From contig CBDCKN010000013.1 in the NCBI GenBank assembly GCA_965218295.1, forward strand, positions 320,001-384,000: a stretch of DNA of 64,000 nt, written 5' to 3'. Of this stretch, positions 48,135-60,178 are shown in pieces. How positions within the stretch are numbered: position 1 is the stretch's first letter; the number at the start of each line of letters is the position of its first letter. The stretch comes from Longimicrobiales bacterium. GTDB lineage: Bacteria > Gemmatimonadota > Gemmatimonadetes > Longimicrobiales > Gaopeijiaceae. Position numbers and translations under genes: made by a program. Under the pieces are notes generated by a model. The model was not told the origin of the DNA and made no database searches. It saw only the letters and a program-made list of their open reading frames with translations.

Positions 48135-49503
48135 CCGTGTCATTCCGATCCGACTGTTCAGCAAGTTCCGGTCCAGAGTCCGCGGGTGCCCGTGCCGGCT
48201 CCTCGGGATCCACGTCCGGCTCCGGGTCCTCGAAGGCGTGGAGATAGCGGATGGCGTCGATGAACTCGGCCCCCCGGCCGTCGGCGACACCCTCCTTCAG
48301 GCGGGTGGTGGGCTCGTGAAGTAGCTTGTTGAGCAGCCGCTTCGAGAACGACTCCACGACCTCCCGATCCTCGTCGGGTAGATGGGAGAGACGCTGCCAG
48401 AGCCACTCCAGCTCTCTCTCTCTCAGGTGGCCCCACCGATCCCGGAAACTCTTGATCAGGGGGACCACGTCGCGGGCATCGTGCCATTGGGCGAATGCCT
48501 TGGCGTGCTCCCGCACGATGGCCTCGGCGTCGGGCACGGAGGCCTGTCTCCGGACCAGGTTCCCGTCGACGATCTCGCGAAGGTCGTCCACGTTGTAGAG
48601 GAATACGTTGTCCTCACCGTCCAGCTCGGGCTCCACGTCTCTGGGGATGGCCAGATCCAGGATCAGGAGCGGCTTCTTGCGGCGCCCCCCTACAGCATGG
48701 CGGAAGCCGTCGAGGGTGACCAGGGCGTGGGGGGCCGCCGTGGACGCCACCAGAACGTCGGTCTGGGCCAGGGCGAAGGGCATCTCGTCGAAATGGACCG
48801 CTTTTCCGGCCAGTCGTGCGGCGAGGTTCCGGGCTCGGTCGTAGGTCCGGTTTGCCACGATGACGCCCAGGATGCGATCCCGCTTCAGGGCCTCCACGAC
48901 CAGCTCCGCCGTGGTGCCGGCACCCAGGATCATCACCTGACGACCCTCCAGGTCGCCGAAGATCTTCCGGGCCAGCTTCACGGCCACCGACGCCACGCTC
49001 GCCGCCCCCTCGCCGAGAGGAGTCTTGGACCGGATCTCGCCACCCACGGCAAAGGCCGTCTGGAAGAGTCGATGGAGCACGGGGCCGGCAACGGGCGGGT
49101 CAGCGGGCACGCGGCCGGCCAGCTCGTATGCGTTCTTCGCCTGTCCTTGGATCTCGGCCTCGCCCAGAATGAGAGAATCCAGCCCGGCCACGACACGGTA
49201 GAGGTGACGAACCGACTCCAGGCCCTGCCATCGATAGAGATACTGTGCCGTCCCTCCCACCAGACCACCGGCCTTCTCCGACAGGACGGCCTCCGCGGCC
49301 GCCAGAAGGTCAGGGTCCGACCCCGGGCAGAGGTACAGTTCCGTCCGGTTGCAGGTGGAGAGGAGGACGGCCTCCTTCATTCCGGCACGGTTGCGGAGCC
49401 CGCCCAGGGCCGCCACGACTTCGCTCTCGGTGAAGGCGAAGCGCTCCCGTATCTCCACGGGGGCCGTCCGATGGCTCACGCCCACGACCGCGATGGAGGT
49501 CAC
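48127..49503 (-). CDS. hemA: Glutamyl-tRNA reductase
   Basis: HRTAPVEIRE, LSTCNRTE, GLDSLILGE, DLAIPRDVE. Confidence 0.97.
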   Translation of the reverse strand: MTSIAVVGVSHRTAPVEIRERFAFTESEVVAALGGLRNRAGMKEAVLLSTCNRTELYLCPGSDPDLLAAAEAVLSEKAGGLVGGTAQYLYRWQGLESVRHLYRVVAGLDSLILGEAEIQGQAKNAYELAGRVPADPPVAGPVLHRLFQTAFAVGGEIRSKTPLGEGAASVASVAVKLARKIFGDLEGRQVMILGAGTTAELVVEALKRDRILGVIVANRTYDRARNLAARLAGKAVHFDEMPFALAQTDVLVASTAAPHALVTLDGFRHAVGGRRKKPLLILDLAIPRDVEPELDGEDNVFLYNVDDLREIVDGNLVRRQASVPDAEAIVREHAKAFAQWHDARDVVPLIKSFRDRWGHLRERELEWLWQRLSHLPDEDREVVESFSKRLLNKLLHEPTTRLKEGVADGRGAEFIDAIRYLHAFEDPEPDVDPEEPARAPADSGPELAEQSDRNDTDE

Positions 49504-50309
49504 AGGAAGAAGCCTCCGCCGGAGCTCACCAGTCGGAGCGTCAGGTACGACACGATGACGAAGGCGAAGCCCACCACGGTCGTCAGAGCGCTCCTACGCT
49601 CCTTGAGGCCTCCCCCCGCTCTCGACCCCAGTGCGGCCACGAAGACGAGCCAGCTCAGGACGGCCCAAACCACCTTGGGGTTGGATTGATCCAGGGAGTT
49701 CCGGAAGCTCACCGTCCACGCCCAACCCAAAACGAGAGCGAGCGTGAAGGCAGGAAAGCCGGCGACCAAGCCAACCCGAACGAGGCGATCCAGAGTGGCC
49801 AGAGGCGGGGTGAACTGGAAGAGTCGTCCCAGACGCTTGCTGTTAAGCTCTCGGAGCTGGACCAGGTAGAGGAGTCCCGCCGCGAAGGCCAGCGCCAGCC
49901 CACAGAGCCCGGCGAAGGCGAGGGTCACGTGAAAGACGAACCACGCTCCCTGAAAGTCCAAGACTTGGGAATTCGGCTCGAAGCCGAGGGAGACGGCGAT
50001 CCCCTGGAGAACGATCACGCCCGGGATGATGACGATCCCCACCCTCCGCCCTTCGCCCAGACCGAGAGTGGCGACGAGCCCGGCTCCGATCACCAGGGCC
50101 AGAGTGGAGAGCGAAGGAGCCAGTCCGACCAGGGGAAGCTGGCCATAGGTCGCCCTGAAGCCGACCAGCGCGACCGCGTGTACCAGGACTCCTGCGGTGG
50201 CCATGCCGAAGGCGAGGTGGGGTCCACGACCTCGCCCCCCGGTCAGGAGGGAACGAAACCACAGGATCAGAGATCCGATGTATAGAAGAAGGGCGACTAC
50301 GTGTGTCAA
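49500..50309 (-). CDS. ccsA: Cytochrome c assembly protein (CcsA/HemX-like)
   Basis: Multi-TM protein with WFVFHV, PPLATLD and PKVVW; overlaps the hemA start. Confidence 0.8.
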   Translation of the reverse strand: MTHVVALLLYIGSLILWFRSLLTGGRGRGPHLAFGMATAGVLVHAVALVGFRATYGQLPLVGLAPSLSTLALVIGAGLVATLGLGEGRRVGIVIIPGVIVLQGIAVSLGFEPNSQVLDFQGAWFVFHVTLAFAGLCGLALAFAAGLLYLVQLRELNSKRLGRLFQFTPPLATLDRLVRVGLVAGFPAFTLALVLGWAWTVSFRNSLDQSNPKVVWAVLSWLVFVAALGSRAGGGLKERRSALTTVVGFAFVIVSYLTLRLVSSGGGFFL

Positions 50310-50340
50310 CGGGCCGCGTCAGGGTGAAAAGGTCCGGACC

Positions 50341-51468
50341 CTACCTCATCTTGCGATCCAAGTGTACCGCGATCCCGGTGTGGAACACAGGCCCCTGTAA
50401 GGATACGATCCTCGCCGAAGACGTCTGGCTCTCCGTCGCCACCACCCGGAGCCGGCCCACCACCTCCTCGGTCGAGCCGTCACCCTCGAATGCGACGTAC
50501 TCGTCGCCGATTTCCACCCCGTGCTCCCCACCTCTGTCTAGAATAGCGACATCGCTAAGGCCGTACAGGGCGTGCCTGCCACCGAACTCGACGACGGTAG
50601 CGCTGGTGCGGTTCGTCACCACGTCCGGATACTGGCCCGCCTCTAGGTCGAAGTCCGGTGCCGGCCGGACCAAGTCACCCAGCAGCACCCGCCCGAAGGG
50701 CTGTAGCACCACACCCTCGGTACCCTCGCCATCGGCTCTGGTGATGGACAGCACCCCTGTGGGACGGATGATGGAGCCTACGCCCTCGACGGCCCGCACG
50801 GGCCGGAAGATCTGAAGGGCGTCGCCCGCGGCGACGCGGAAGCCGTCGTCGAGGGAGAGACGGACCCGCGTGAACGTAAAGGCGGTGCGGAGCTCACCCT
50901 GTGCGATGAACGACTCGATCTCGCCGTCGGACTCGACGTCGTCGGTGTTCTCGGGCCCTAGCCACTCGGCCGACCATACCGACGCTCGGCTCACGAACAT
51001 GTAGTCGGCCTCCTCGAGCCCTCGAACACCCGTTGAGGTCATCGGATCACGGTAGAAGACGGATCGCCGGTCCCGCTCGCTGTTCGCCTCCTCGGCCTCG
51101 GCGCCGCCCGGCGGGGCATCCGGGGCCTGCGGACGTGCCGCAACGACCTCCACGCCCCCTACGATCGCAGGCTCGTCCGCGGCGACCGCAGGCTCGTCCG
51201 CGGCGACCGCAGGCTCGTCCGCGGCGATTCCGAAAATCACGAACTCCTGGTCCGGATAGATGAGGTGCGGGTCCCCGATCTGGGGCCGATTCGCCTCGTA
51301 AATGCGTGGCCACTGGAACGGATCCTCGTAATAGCGCTGGGCCAGGGCCCAGAGGGTCTCTCCAGTCACAACCACGTGCGTCCGGGAAGCGGTCTGTGCG
51401 GGCTGCTGTGCAACCGCAAAACCGGGGAAAATTGACAAGGCCAGCACGGCTATGGCGGACCGGACCAT
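50341..51468 (-). CDS. LysM peptidoglycan-binding exported protein (TsaP-like)
   Basis: Signal peptide, HVVVTGETLWALAQRYYEDPFQWPRIY..PHLIYP, C-terminal ILDRG...G...GD. Confidence 0.82.
   Translation of the reverse strand: MVRSAIAVLALSIFPGFAVAQQPAQTASRTHVVVTGETLWALAQRYYEDPFQWPRIYEANRPQIGDPHLIYPDQEFVIFGIAADEPAVAADEPAVAADEPAIVGGVEVVAARPQAPDAPPGGAEAEEANSERDRRSVFYRDPMTSTGVRGLEEADYMFVSRASVWSAEWLGPENTDDVESDGEIESFIAQGELRTAFTFTRVRLSLDDGFRVAAGDALQIFRPVRAVEGVGSIIRPTGVLSITRADGEGTEGVVLQPFGRVLLGDLVRPAPDFDLEAGQYPDVVTNRTSATVVEFGGRHALYGLSDVAILDRGGEHGVEIGDEYVAFEGDGSTEEVVGRLRVVATESQTSSARIVSLQGPVFHTGIAVHLDRKMR
51166..51227 (-). repeat. 21-nt coding tandem repeat x3 (AADEPAV)
   Basis: CGCAGGCTCGTCCGCGGCGAC repeated three times. 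Confidence 0.92.
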
Positions 51469-51522
51469 GATCGCTTCCTTTTCCAGATGGGACGGGACTT
51501 TATGCTCCACTATCCATGCTCG

Positions 51523-51552
51523 AAGATAGGCCAATACGGCCCTGGTGGTCAA
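51523..51552 (-). promoter_or_regulatory. sigma70-type promoter upstream of the LysM gene
   Basis: TTGACC-N18-TATCTT, the same geometry as 30357-30386. Confidence 0.5.
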
Positions 51553-51595
51553 CGCGTTTTTTACCATTCAACTACAAACGTTTCCACAGAGATGC

Positions 51596-52083
51596 TCAGA
51601 AAACGTCGCCATCATCACCCGATCCCAGCGTCATTTTGAGCACGCGCGCGTCCTCCCGGGGCCGATCGTAGTATGCCCTCCGGACCCCGATCTCCTCGAA
51701 GCCACGACCCCTGTAGAGCCTCAGGGCACCCTCGTTCGACTCGTGAACCTCGAGGTAGAGGTTCCGCACTCCGGCCTTCTCCGCCACACCCAGCATCCAG
51801 TCGAGAAGCTCGGAGCCGATCCCCCGCCCCCCAGGTCGGCGCGCACCGCGATGTTCGCCAGCTCCCCCTCCTCGATGATGCACCAGAGGATTGCGTACGC
51901 AGCCACTTCCCCGTCCACCTCGGCGACCCAGAGGTCCGCGCCCGGTCGCTCCAGGAGTGAGTGAAAGGTGTCTTCCTTCCAGGGAGTGCTGAAGGTGGAC
52001 GCCTCCATGCCGGCCACGGCGGAGACGTCGCCGGCGGCCATGGGCCGCATGGTTGGACGGCGTATGGCGTCGCTCCCACTCAC
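51596..52083 (-). CDS. rimI: Ribosomal protein S18 acetyltransferase RimI (apparent -1 frameshift at C-runs 51820-51832)
   Basis: FSTPW, ELANIAV, then in the next frame GRGIG..LYLEV.ESN..ALRLY...GF....RRAYY..EDA; follows tsaB. Confidence 0.9.
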
Positions 52084-52844
52084 TGTGACGAACCGGAGAT
52101 GCGCTCCGCGGAGGACGGCCGGAGATACTCGGGCCCCCAACGGGCCACATCGGCGACGGGAGCTCGCTCGGGTCCATTCCTCAGAATCGTGAGAAGTCCA
52201 TCCCCCGTGGGCATTCCCAGGGGCGGCGGGAGCACCGGAAAGCCGGCGCCGCGGATCTCGTCCGCGTGGCGGTCGGCCCCGTCGCCGCCGAAGATGGAGA
52301 AGGGCACGCTATCCGAGAGGATCTCTCCGATGGTGGTCGAATGAGGCGGGATGAGCTCCTCGAGCCCCTGCTCGGTGGGGAGATAGCACGCGGCGTACAC
52401 GCGGTCGCTCCTGGCATCGAAGAGGATGTAGCGGGGCCACGTGCGTTCGTCGTCGGAAAGCTCGACCCGGGACTCGTCGGAAAGGGGGACCCAGGGTGCG
52501 TCCACGGCCGCAGCCCCCGCCTCCAGCGACGAGACAGCCCAAAGGGGGACGTCGAGGGCCTGAGCCAGCCCCTTGGCCGTGGCCGCCGCCACGCGGACCC
52601 CGGTGAAGGAGCCGGGCCCCGACCCGACTACGAGGCCGGACAGCTCCCCCAGGTCCACCCCTCCCCCCTCGAGCGTCTCCTGGATCTTGGGTATCAGATC
52701 CGACGAGTGGGCGCCCTGCCTTCTCAGAGCGCTCCGTGCCAGGACATCCGTGCCGGCGCCCACGGCTACCGACCCCAAGGGCGTGGACGTGTCGAAGGCC
52801 AAGTAGAAGCCTTGCGTCGATCGAGGGGAGACCGCGTCGCTCAT
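52080..52844 (-). CDS. tsaB: t6A biosynthesis protein TsaB
   Basis: LAFDTST, GPGSFTGVR, DAR..VY, PEYLR. Confidence 0.95.
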   Translation of the reverse strand: MSDAVSPRSTQGFYLAFDTSTPLGSVAVGAGTDVLARSALRRQGAHSSDLIPKIQETLEGGGVDLGELSGLVVGSGPGSFTGVRVAAATAKGLAQALDVPLWAVSSLEAGAAAVDAPWVPLSDESRVELSDDERTWPRYILFDARSDRVYAACYLPTEQGLEELIPPHSTTIGEILSDSVPFSIFGGDGADRHADEIRGAGFPVLPPPLGMPTGDGLLTILRNGPERAPVADVARWGPEYLRPSSAERISGSSQ

Positions 52845-53298
52845 GCGCTCAGCGAGACCGGAAAGCCGGGAAGGTGGGGTGGGCGACCGACACGACTCAC
52901 TTCGACGGTGCGGCTGTCCGGGTCCCCGTCGACGCGATCCAGTGCGACCTCCCAGCGATCGGGGGGGAGCAGCTCCTCGGCCCGCTCCGGCCACTCCACC
53001 AGGACGAGCTCGTCAGGCGCTCCCAACTCCTGCCAACCCAGCTCCCAGAGCTCCTCCGGCTCGGAGAGGCGGTACAAGTCCAGATGCACGACCTGGAGTC
53101 CCCGGGGCACCGGATAGCGAAAAACGAGGTTGAAGGTCGGAGAAGGGATCGGCCCTTCTACACCGGCCCCCCTGGCGATGGCGCGAGCCAGGACCGACTT
53201 ACCAGCTCCCAGCGGCCCCCGGAGCAGCACGAACATCGGGGAGTGCACTTCGGCACCTATGACCTCGCCCCAACGGACCAGCTCCGCCTCGCTGAGAT

Positions 53299-53302
<4 letters not shown>
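52841..53302 (-). CDS. tsaE: t6A biosynthesis ATPase TsaE
   Basis: [24 protein letters not shown]. Confidence 0.96.
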
Positions 53303-55287
<1,985 letters not shown>

Positions 55288-55330
55288 CGATGCGTCGGTG
55301 TCTCGAACGTTCTGCTCGACCGGTGTTCGG

Positions 55331-57535
55331 CTACTGGAGGTCGGACTCCTGGAAGGTCTCCCGCCGGTTCACCTCCAGCACGCCCTTCACGTGGCGGATC
55401 GACTTCATGACCCGGTTCAGGTGGGCCAGGTCCTGGACCTCCACGGAGAACCGGCCCATCATGCCCCTCTCGACACCCCTCATGTCGGCCTGGGCGATGT
55501 CGGTGCCGGTATCGGTGATGGCCTTGGCCACGTCCGACAGGAGGCCTCGCCGATCGGTCCCCTCCATGTACAGCTTCACGAAGAAGCGATCCCCCTTCTC
55601 CGCCGTCCACTCGATCTCCACGCGCCGGTCCTCGGAGAGGTTCAGGATGTTGGGGCAGTCCACGCGGTGGATGGAGACACCCCGCCCCCTGGTGATGTAG
55701 CCGATCACCTTGTCCCCCGGGACCGGCTGACAACACTGGGAGTAGCGGATCATGAGGCTGTCCATCCCCTGGATCCGCACTCCCCGGTTGGAGCGGCGAA
55801 TGCGGTCGGCGATGCGCTCGAGGGCACCCGGTGAGCGGTTGACGACCTCGTGGGGATCCTCGTCCGGGTAGAGGGCCCGGATGACGGCCGTGGGCCCCAC
55901 GTCCCCACGTCCCAGGGCCGACAGCACCTGATCGAACTCGGTGTAGCCGAGGCTCTCGGCGGCCTCCTTCCTCTGCGCGTTGGTGGGCTTCTCCCGCCGG
56001 GCCTTCCTCACCTCCCGCTCGAAGAAGTCCTTTCCGAGCTTGAGGGCCGACTCGTGCTCTTCCTTCCGGATCCACTGCCGGATGCGTCCCCGGGCTCGGG
56101 ACGTCTTTACGAACGCGAGCCAATCCCGGCTCGGACGCGTCCGGGAGTCGGTGATGATCTCCACCGTGTCGCCGCTCTTGAGCTCCCGGGAAAGGGGAGC
56201 GATCCGTCCGTTCACCCTCGCACCGGCACAGTGTTGCCCGACCTCGGTGTGGACTGAGTAGGCGAAGTCGATGGGCGTGGCACCCAGCGGCAGCGTCTTC
56301 ACGTCACCCCCGGGGGTGAAGATGAAGATCTCACCCTGGAACAGGTCCATGCGGAGGAATTCCATGAATTCCTCGGGCTCATCGGTGTCCTTCTGCCACT
56401 CCAGAACCTGACGGAACCAGGTCAGGGCCTCGTCGACCTCGTCGGGCTCCTGCTCCGGCTCCGGCTCGATGAGCCCTTCCTTGTAGCGCCAGTGCGCCGC
56501 GATCCCGTACTCGGCGGTGCGGTGCATCTCCTCGCTGCGGATCTGGATCTCGTACCTGCGCCCCCCGGGTCCGATGACCGTCGTATGGAGCGAGCGGTAC
56601 ATGTTGGACTTGGGCGTGGCGATGAAGTCGTGGAAGCGGTCTTGGACGGGGGTCCAGCGGTTGTGGATGACGCCGAGGGCCGCATAGCAGTTTTGGACGC
56701 TGTCGGTGAGCACCCGCATGGCCATGAGGTCGTAGATATCCGCGTAGGGCACGCCGCGATGGACCATCTTGCGGTAGATGGACCAGAGGTGCTTGGGACG
56801 GCCGGTCACCTCGGCCGGCACGCCGGCTTCCGCCAGCGCCTCATCGAGGGGGCGCTTCATCTCCAGGATCTGTCGCTCTCGCTCCTTGCGCCGCTGGCGG
56901 ACCTTCTTGCCCAGCTTCGCGTGGGCGTCGGGCTCCAGATACTTGAAGGCCAGATCCTCCAGCTCCCAGCGGATGGCGGCCATCCCCAGACGATGCGCCA
57001 GCGGGGCGTAGATCTCCCGCGTCTCGAGGGCGATCCGGCGCTGTTTCCCCGGCTTGAGGGCATCCAGGGTGCGCATGTTGTGCAGGCGGTCTGCCAGCTT
57101 GACCAGGATCACCCGGGCGTCCCGAGCCATGGAGAGGAGGAGCTTGCGGTAGGTGTCGACCTGCTGTTCGGTGTGGGAGCGGAACTCCACGCGACCGATC
57201 TTCGTGACCCCGTCCACGATGGTGGACACGCTCTCGCCGAAGCGCTTGTCGATGTCGGCCAGGGAGACGGTCGTGTCCTCGACAACGTCGTGGACCAGGC
57301 CCGACACCAGGGAATCGGTGTCGAGGCCCAGCAGAGCCAGGATGGTAGCTACCTCTACGGCGTGGCTGACGAACTCGTCGCCCGACGCCCGACGCTGGCC
57401 CGCGTGGGCCTCTTTGGCGAGCTCATAGGCGTCGCGCACCGCGTCGACGTCCAGTCGGTCGGCGTACGACTCCATGGCCCTGGCGAGAGGCCGGGGCAAG
57501 CCTCGAATCGTGCGGGTAGCTGTCGCGGTAGGCAT
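55331..57535 (-). CDS. relA: Bifunctional (p)ppGpp synthetase/hydrolase Rel/SpoT
   Basis: HD domain (HDVVED), [20 protein letters not shown], and TGS, ZFD and ACT domains. Confidence 0.96.
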   Translation of the reverse strand: MPTATATRTIRGLPRPLARAMESYADRLDVDAVRDAYELAKEAHAGQRRASGDEFVSHAVEVATILALLGLDTDSLVSGLVHDVVEDTTVSLADIDKRFGESVSTIVDGVTKIGRVEFRSHTEQQVDTYRKLLLSMARDARVILVKLADRLHNMRTLDALKPGKQRRIALETREIYAPLAHRLGMAAIRWELEDLAFKYLEPDAHAKLGKKVRQRRKERERQILEMKRPLDEALAEAGVPAEVTGRPKHLWSIYRKMVHRGVPYADIYDLMAMRVLTDSVQNCYAALGVIHNRWTPVQDRFHDFIATPKSNMYRSLHTTVIGPGGRRYEIQIRSEEMHRTAEYGIAAHWRYKEGLIEPEPEQEPDEVDEALTWFRQVLEWQKDTDEPEEFMEFLRMDLFQGEIFIFTPGGDVKTLPLGATPIDFAYSVHTEVGQHCAGARVNGRIAPLSRELKSGDTVEIITDSRTRPSRDWLAFVKTSRARGRIRQWIRKEEHESALKLGKDFFEREVRKARREKPTNAQRKEAAESLGYTEFDQVLSALGRGDVGPTAVIRALYPDEDPHEVVNRSPGALERIADRIRRSNRGVRIQGMDSLMIRYSQCCQPVPGDKVIGYITRGRGVSIHRVDCPNILNLSEDRRVEIEWTAEKGDRFFVKLYMEGTDRRGLLSDVAKAITDTGTDIAQADMRGVERGMMGRFSVEVQDLAHLNRVMKSIRHVKGVLEVNRRETFQESDLQ

Positions 57536-57703
57536 CCTTCAGCTACCCCCACTTTCACACATCTGTTTCCCGATCTCTGGCCACCTCGGAAGCGGAAAAG
57601 AATCGCAGGGCGGCGTGCGGCAGGTGCAATTTGGAATAGACCGGTCACGTAGCCTATCGTAGCCCTCCTGGACGACCCACCCCTAGGGGAACTGAAGAAC
57701 CGC

Positions 57704-57897
57704 ATGAAATCTATGCGTCTACTCGCTTTCCTCGCCATCGGCGTCACTTCGTTGGTGCTCTCGTACACCGGCGGCGAATCCCCCACGGGGGACGGCTCGG
57801 GAGGCTGGATCCGGGGGAGACCGCCACCCTCACTGGAGTAGCGACCGTGGAGGCGTTCGCGGCAGGCGGGTTCGTGATCAGCAGAGTGATCTCATAA
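57704..57897 (+). pseudogene. Probable decayed lipoprotein gene fragment
   Basis: MKSMRLLAFLAIGVTSLVLSYTGGESPTG has signal-peptide shape with Tyr at the lipobox Cys position; a shifted frame continues LDPGETATLTGVATVE to an early stop. Confidence 0.4.
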
Positions 57898-58566
57898 CAA
57901 GCCCCCGTCCTCGGCAATGGACACGAAGCGGCCATCGCCCACCACCACGTGGTCGACGACCGGAATGCCCACCGCCGTACCGGCACGCGCAAGCTGGCTG
58001 GTCACTGCCCGGTCCTCCGCCGAGGGGGTCGGATCGCCCGACGGGTGGTTGTGGACGAGGATGATGCCGGCCGCGCTCCGGACGATTGCGGGCCTGAACA
58101 CCTCCCGGGGGTGGATGAGGGAGGCGTCCAAGATGCCACGCCTGATGAGAACCTCCCCGATCACGCGGTGCTGAGACGACAGCAGGAGCGCGTGGAACTC
58201 CTCCTGCTGCAGGTCGCGCAGGCGCGGCTCCATGCGGTCGAATACGTCCCTGGCGCCACGGATGCGCTCTCCCGGGTAGCGCTCCTCAGCGCTCGCCCTA
58301 CGCCCCAGCTCCAGGGCGGCCGAGATCCGGGCGGAGGTGGCCTCCCCTACCCCGCGGATGGCCGTAATCCCCAGCGGCGTAAGGGATCCCATTGCCCGGA
58401 GGGACCCGTTCACACCGGCCAGCACCGCCTCCGCGATCTCCAGCACCGAGGCCTCGCGGCCCCCACTCCCAATCGGAATCGCCAGCAGCTCGCGGCTCGA
58501 GAGGGCCCCGGGACCCAGCGTGATGAGGCGCTCGCGTGGGCGCTCCTCGGGGGGGAGACAGTGAAT
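57892..58566 (-). CDS. radC: RadC (JAB/MPN) family protein; start codon unresolved
   Basis: ERPRERL, HhH region, IHPREVF and HNHPSGDPTPSAED JAMM motif; no ATG/GTG between the repeat element and ERPRE. Confidence 0.9.
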   Translation of the reverse strand: MHCLPPEERPRERLITLGPGALSSRELLAIPIGSGGREASVLEIAEAVLAGVNGSLRAMGSLTPLGITAIRGVGEATSARISAALELGRRASAEERYPGERIRGARDVFDRMEPRLRDLQQEEFHALLLSSQHRVIGEVLIRRGILDASLIHPREVFRPAIVRSAAGIILVHNHPSGDPTPSAEDRAVTSQLARAGTAVGIPVVDHVVVGDGRFVSIAEDGGLL

Positions 58567-58776
58567 TAGTGTGGTGTCCCAGAAGTGTCTCGGCCATTCG
58601 AGCACCGATGCATCCGGCCCTGCGGCGTTCCTCCTCCTCGGACCACGGCCTTCGGCCGCGGTGCCCGCGTTGCTATTCCTCGTCGTCGCGCCCGACCCAC
58701 GCCTAACGGCGCGGGTACCCCGGATCCGGCGCCTCGGCACTCTCGGTGGCTCGCGAACTTCTGGGACACCACACTA
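58567..58776. mobile_element. MITE-like element, family A, copy 3 (210 nt, two nested hairpin modules)
   Basis: Perfect 20-nt TIR TAGTGTGGTGTCCCAGAAGT ... ACTTCTGGGACACCACACTA; colinear with copy 2 apart from two inserts. Confidence 0.9.
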
Positions 58777-59025
58777 CGCTGCCTTACCGTTCTCCGAATC
58801 CGGTACCATGGGAACGGCTTGTACGTCTTTGTCGCTGAGAGCCTCCAAGATGGCATCCGTATCGAGCATCTCTTCGAGCTCCTCCAGGGGAGACCGCACT
58901 TCCCAAGGTCTCAGCATGAACTCTCTTCCCGCTCGCTGACGAATCTTGACGTATCCCGTGATCCAGGCCTCATCCATCAGGGCTTCGAGATCGGCCATTG
59001 CCTCCGCGGAGTTGTAGACCTTCAT
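58774..59025 (-). CDS. Phd/YefM-like antitoxin (orphan)
   Basis: MKVYNSAEA..L.ALMDEA...G.V.I..R.G..F.L.P fits the Phd/YefM N-terminal pattern; acidic tail; GGAGG RBS. Confidence 0.6.
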   Translation of the reverse strand: MKVYNSAEAMADLEALMDEAWITGYVKIRQRAGREFMLRPWEVRSPLEELEEMLDTDAILEALSDKDVQAVPMVPDSENGKAA

Positions 59026-59240
59026 TGGCACCTCCGGTGATCGTTCCTCCAAGTGTCGGTCGGACCATGTAAGAAGCTATGCCCGGGTGGGCGGTTGAAT
59101 GGCTGGATGGGAACCCAACGCCCGCAGAGGGGACCACCCAATCGGGTGGCCGGCGCTCCTTCTTGTCCCACCCAGAGAATCGGTCATTATGGTGTTTTCA
59201 CAGAGGACTGCCGCATGTCTTTGGGAGCACGGAGCATTGA

Positions 59241-60167
59241 ATGACCGGGAGGGTGGGAAGTATGGTCCGGAGGGTAGGGAGTACGGTAGGGTGGCTCATC
59301 GGAGGCGCCTGGGAAGTCCTCCCCTTCAAACGTCCCTTCCTGGAGCCGCTCCGTCGATTGGGGTTCCTGCCGGAGAGCGTGTATCGACACCTCCACTTCC
59401 GGGGCGTCTTCTCCACCGAGGTGGGAGGGACGACCGTGACCCTGCGAAGTCACGGGAATCTCATCGAGAACGACATCTTCTGGAGCGGCTTCTTCGACGG
59501 CTGGGAGGCGGAATCCTTGAGGCTTTGGGCAGCTCTAGCCGAGCGGTCCGACGTCATCCTGGACGTTGGGGCGAACACCGGCATCTATGCGATGGTCGCC
59601 CAGGCCGTCAACGCGTCAGCCACCGTAGTCGCGTTCGAGCCCGTGGAGCGGGTGTACCTCCAGTTGCTCGAGAACGCGGAGCTCAATGGAGGAAGGGTGC
59701 GATGCGTCAACGCAGCCGTGTCGGACCGTTCCGGAGGTGTGACGATGTTCGAGCCCAACGTCGAGCACCCGTACGCGGCAAGTCTCGATCCAACAGTCTT
59801 CGGCCGGGACGTCGGGAAGGATTGGGTACAGGTCGAGGTGAAGGGCATTCGCCTGGACGACTTTCTGTCCGACGCGCAGCTGTCCCCCGACTTGTTAAAG
59901 GTCGACACGGAAGGGCATGAACCGGAAGTGCTGCGTGGCTTGGGCTCAATGCTCGCCGCGAATCGCCCTACACTCCTCCTCGAGGTGCTGACCGACCGTC
60001 ATTCAAGAGAGATCGAGGAGCTGGTACGAGGCTTGGCGTACCGTTCCTATCAGGTTGATGAAGAGGTCGGTCCGACGCTACTGACGGAGGGCGCCAATCC
60101 CTGTGTTGGCCGAAATGTGCTTCTGTGTAGCCCACACATAGCGGAAGGACTGGGCCTCGCGACTTGA
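59241..60167 (+). CDS. FkbM family methyltransferase
   Basis: LDVGANTGIY, VAFEP, LLKVDTEGHE, P.LLLEV. Confidence 0.9.
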   Translation: MTGRVGSMVRRVGSTVGWLIGGAWEVLPFKRPFLEPLRRLGFLPESVYRHLHFRGVFSTEVGGTTVTLRSHGNLIENDIFWSGFFDGWEAESLRLWAALAERSDVILDVGANTGIYAMVAQAVNASATVVAFEPVERVYLQLLENAELNGGRVRCVNAAVSDRSGGVTMFEPNVEHPYAASLDPTVFGRDVGKDWVQVEVKGIRLDDFLSDAQLSPDLLKVDTEGHEPEVLRGLGSMLAANRPTLLLEVLTDRHSREIEELVRGLAYRSYQVDEEVGPTLLTEGANPCVGRNVLLCSPHIAEGLGLAT

Positions 60168-60178
60168 TGGGAACGCCG

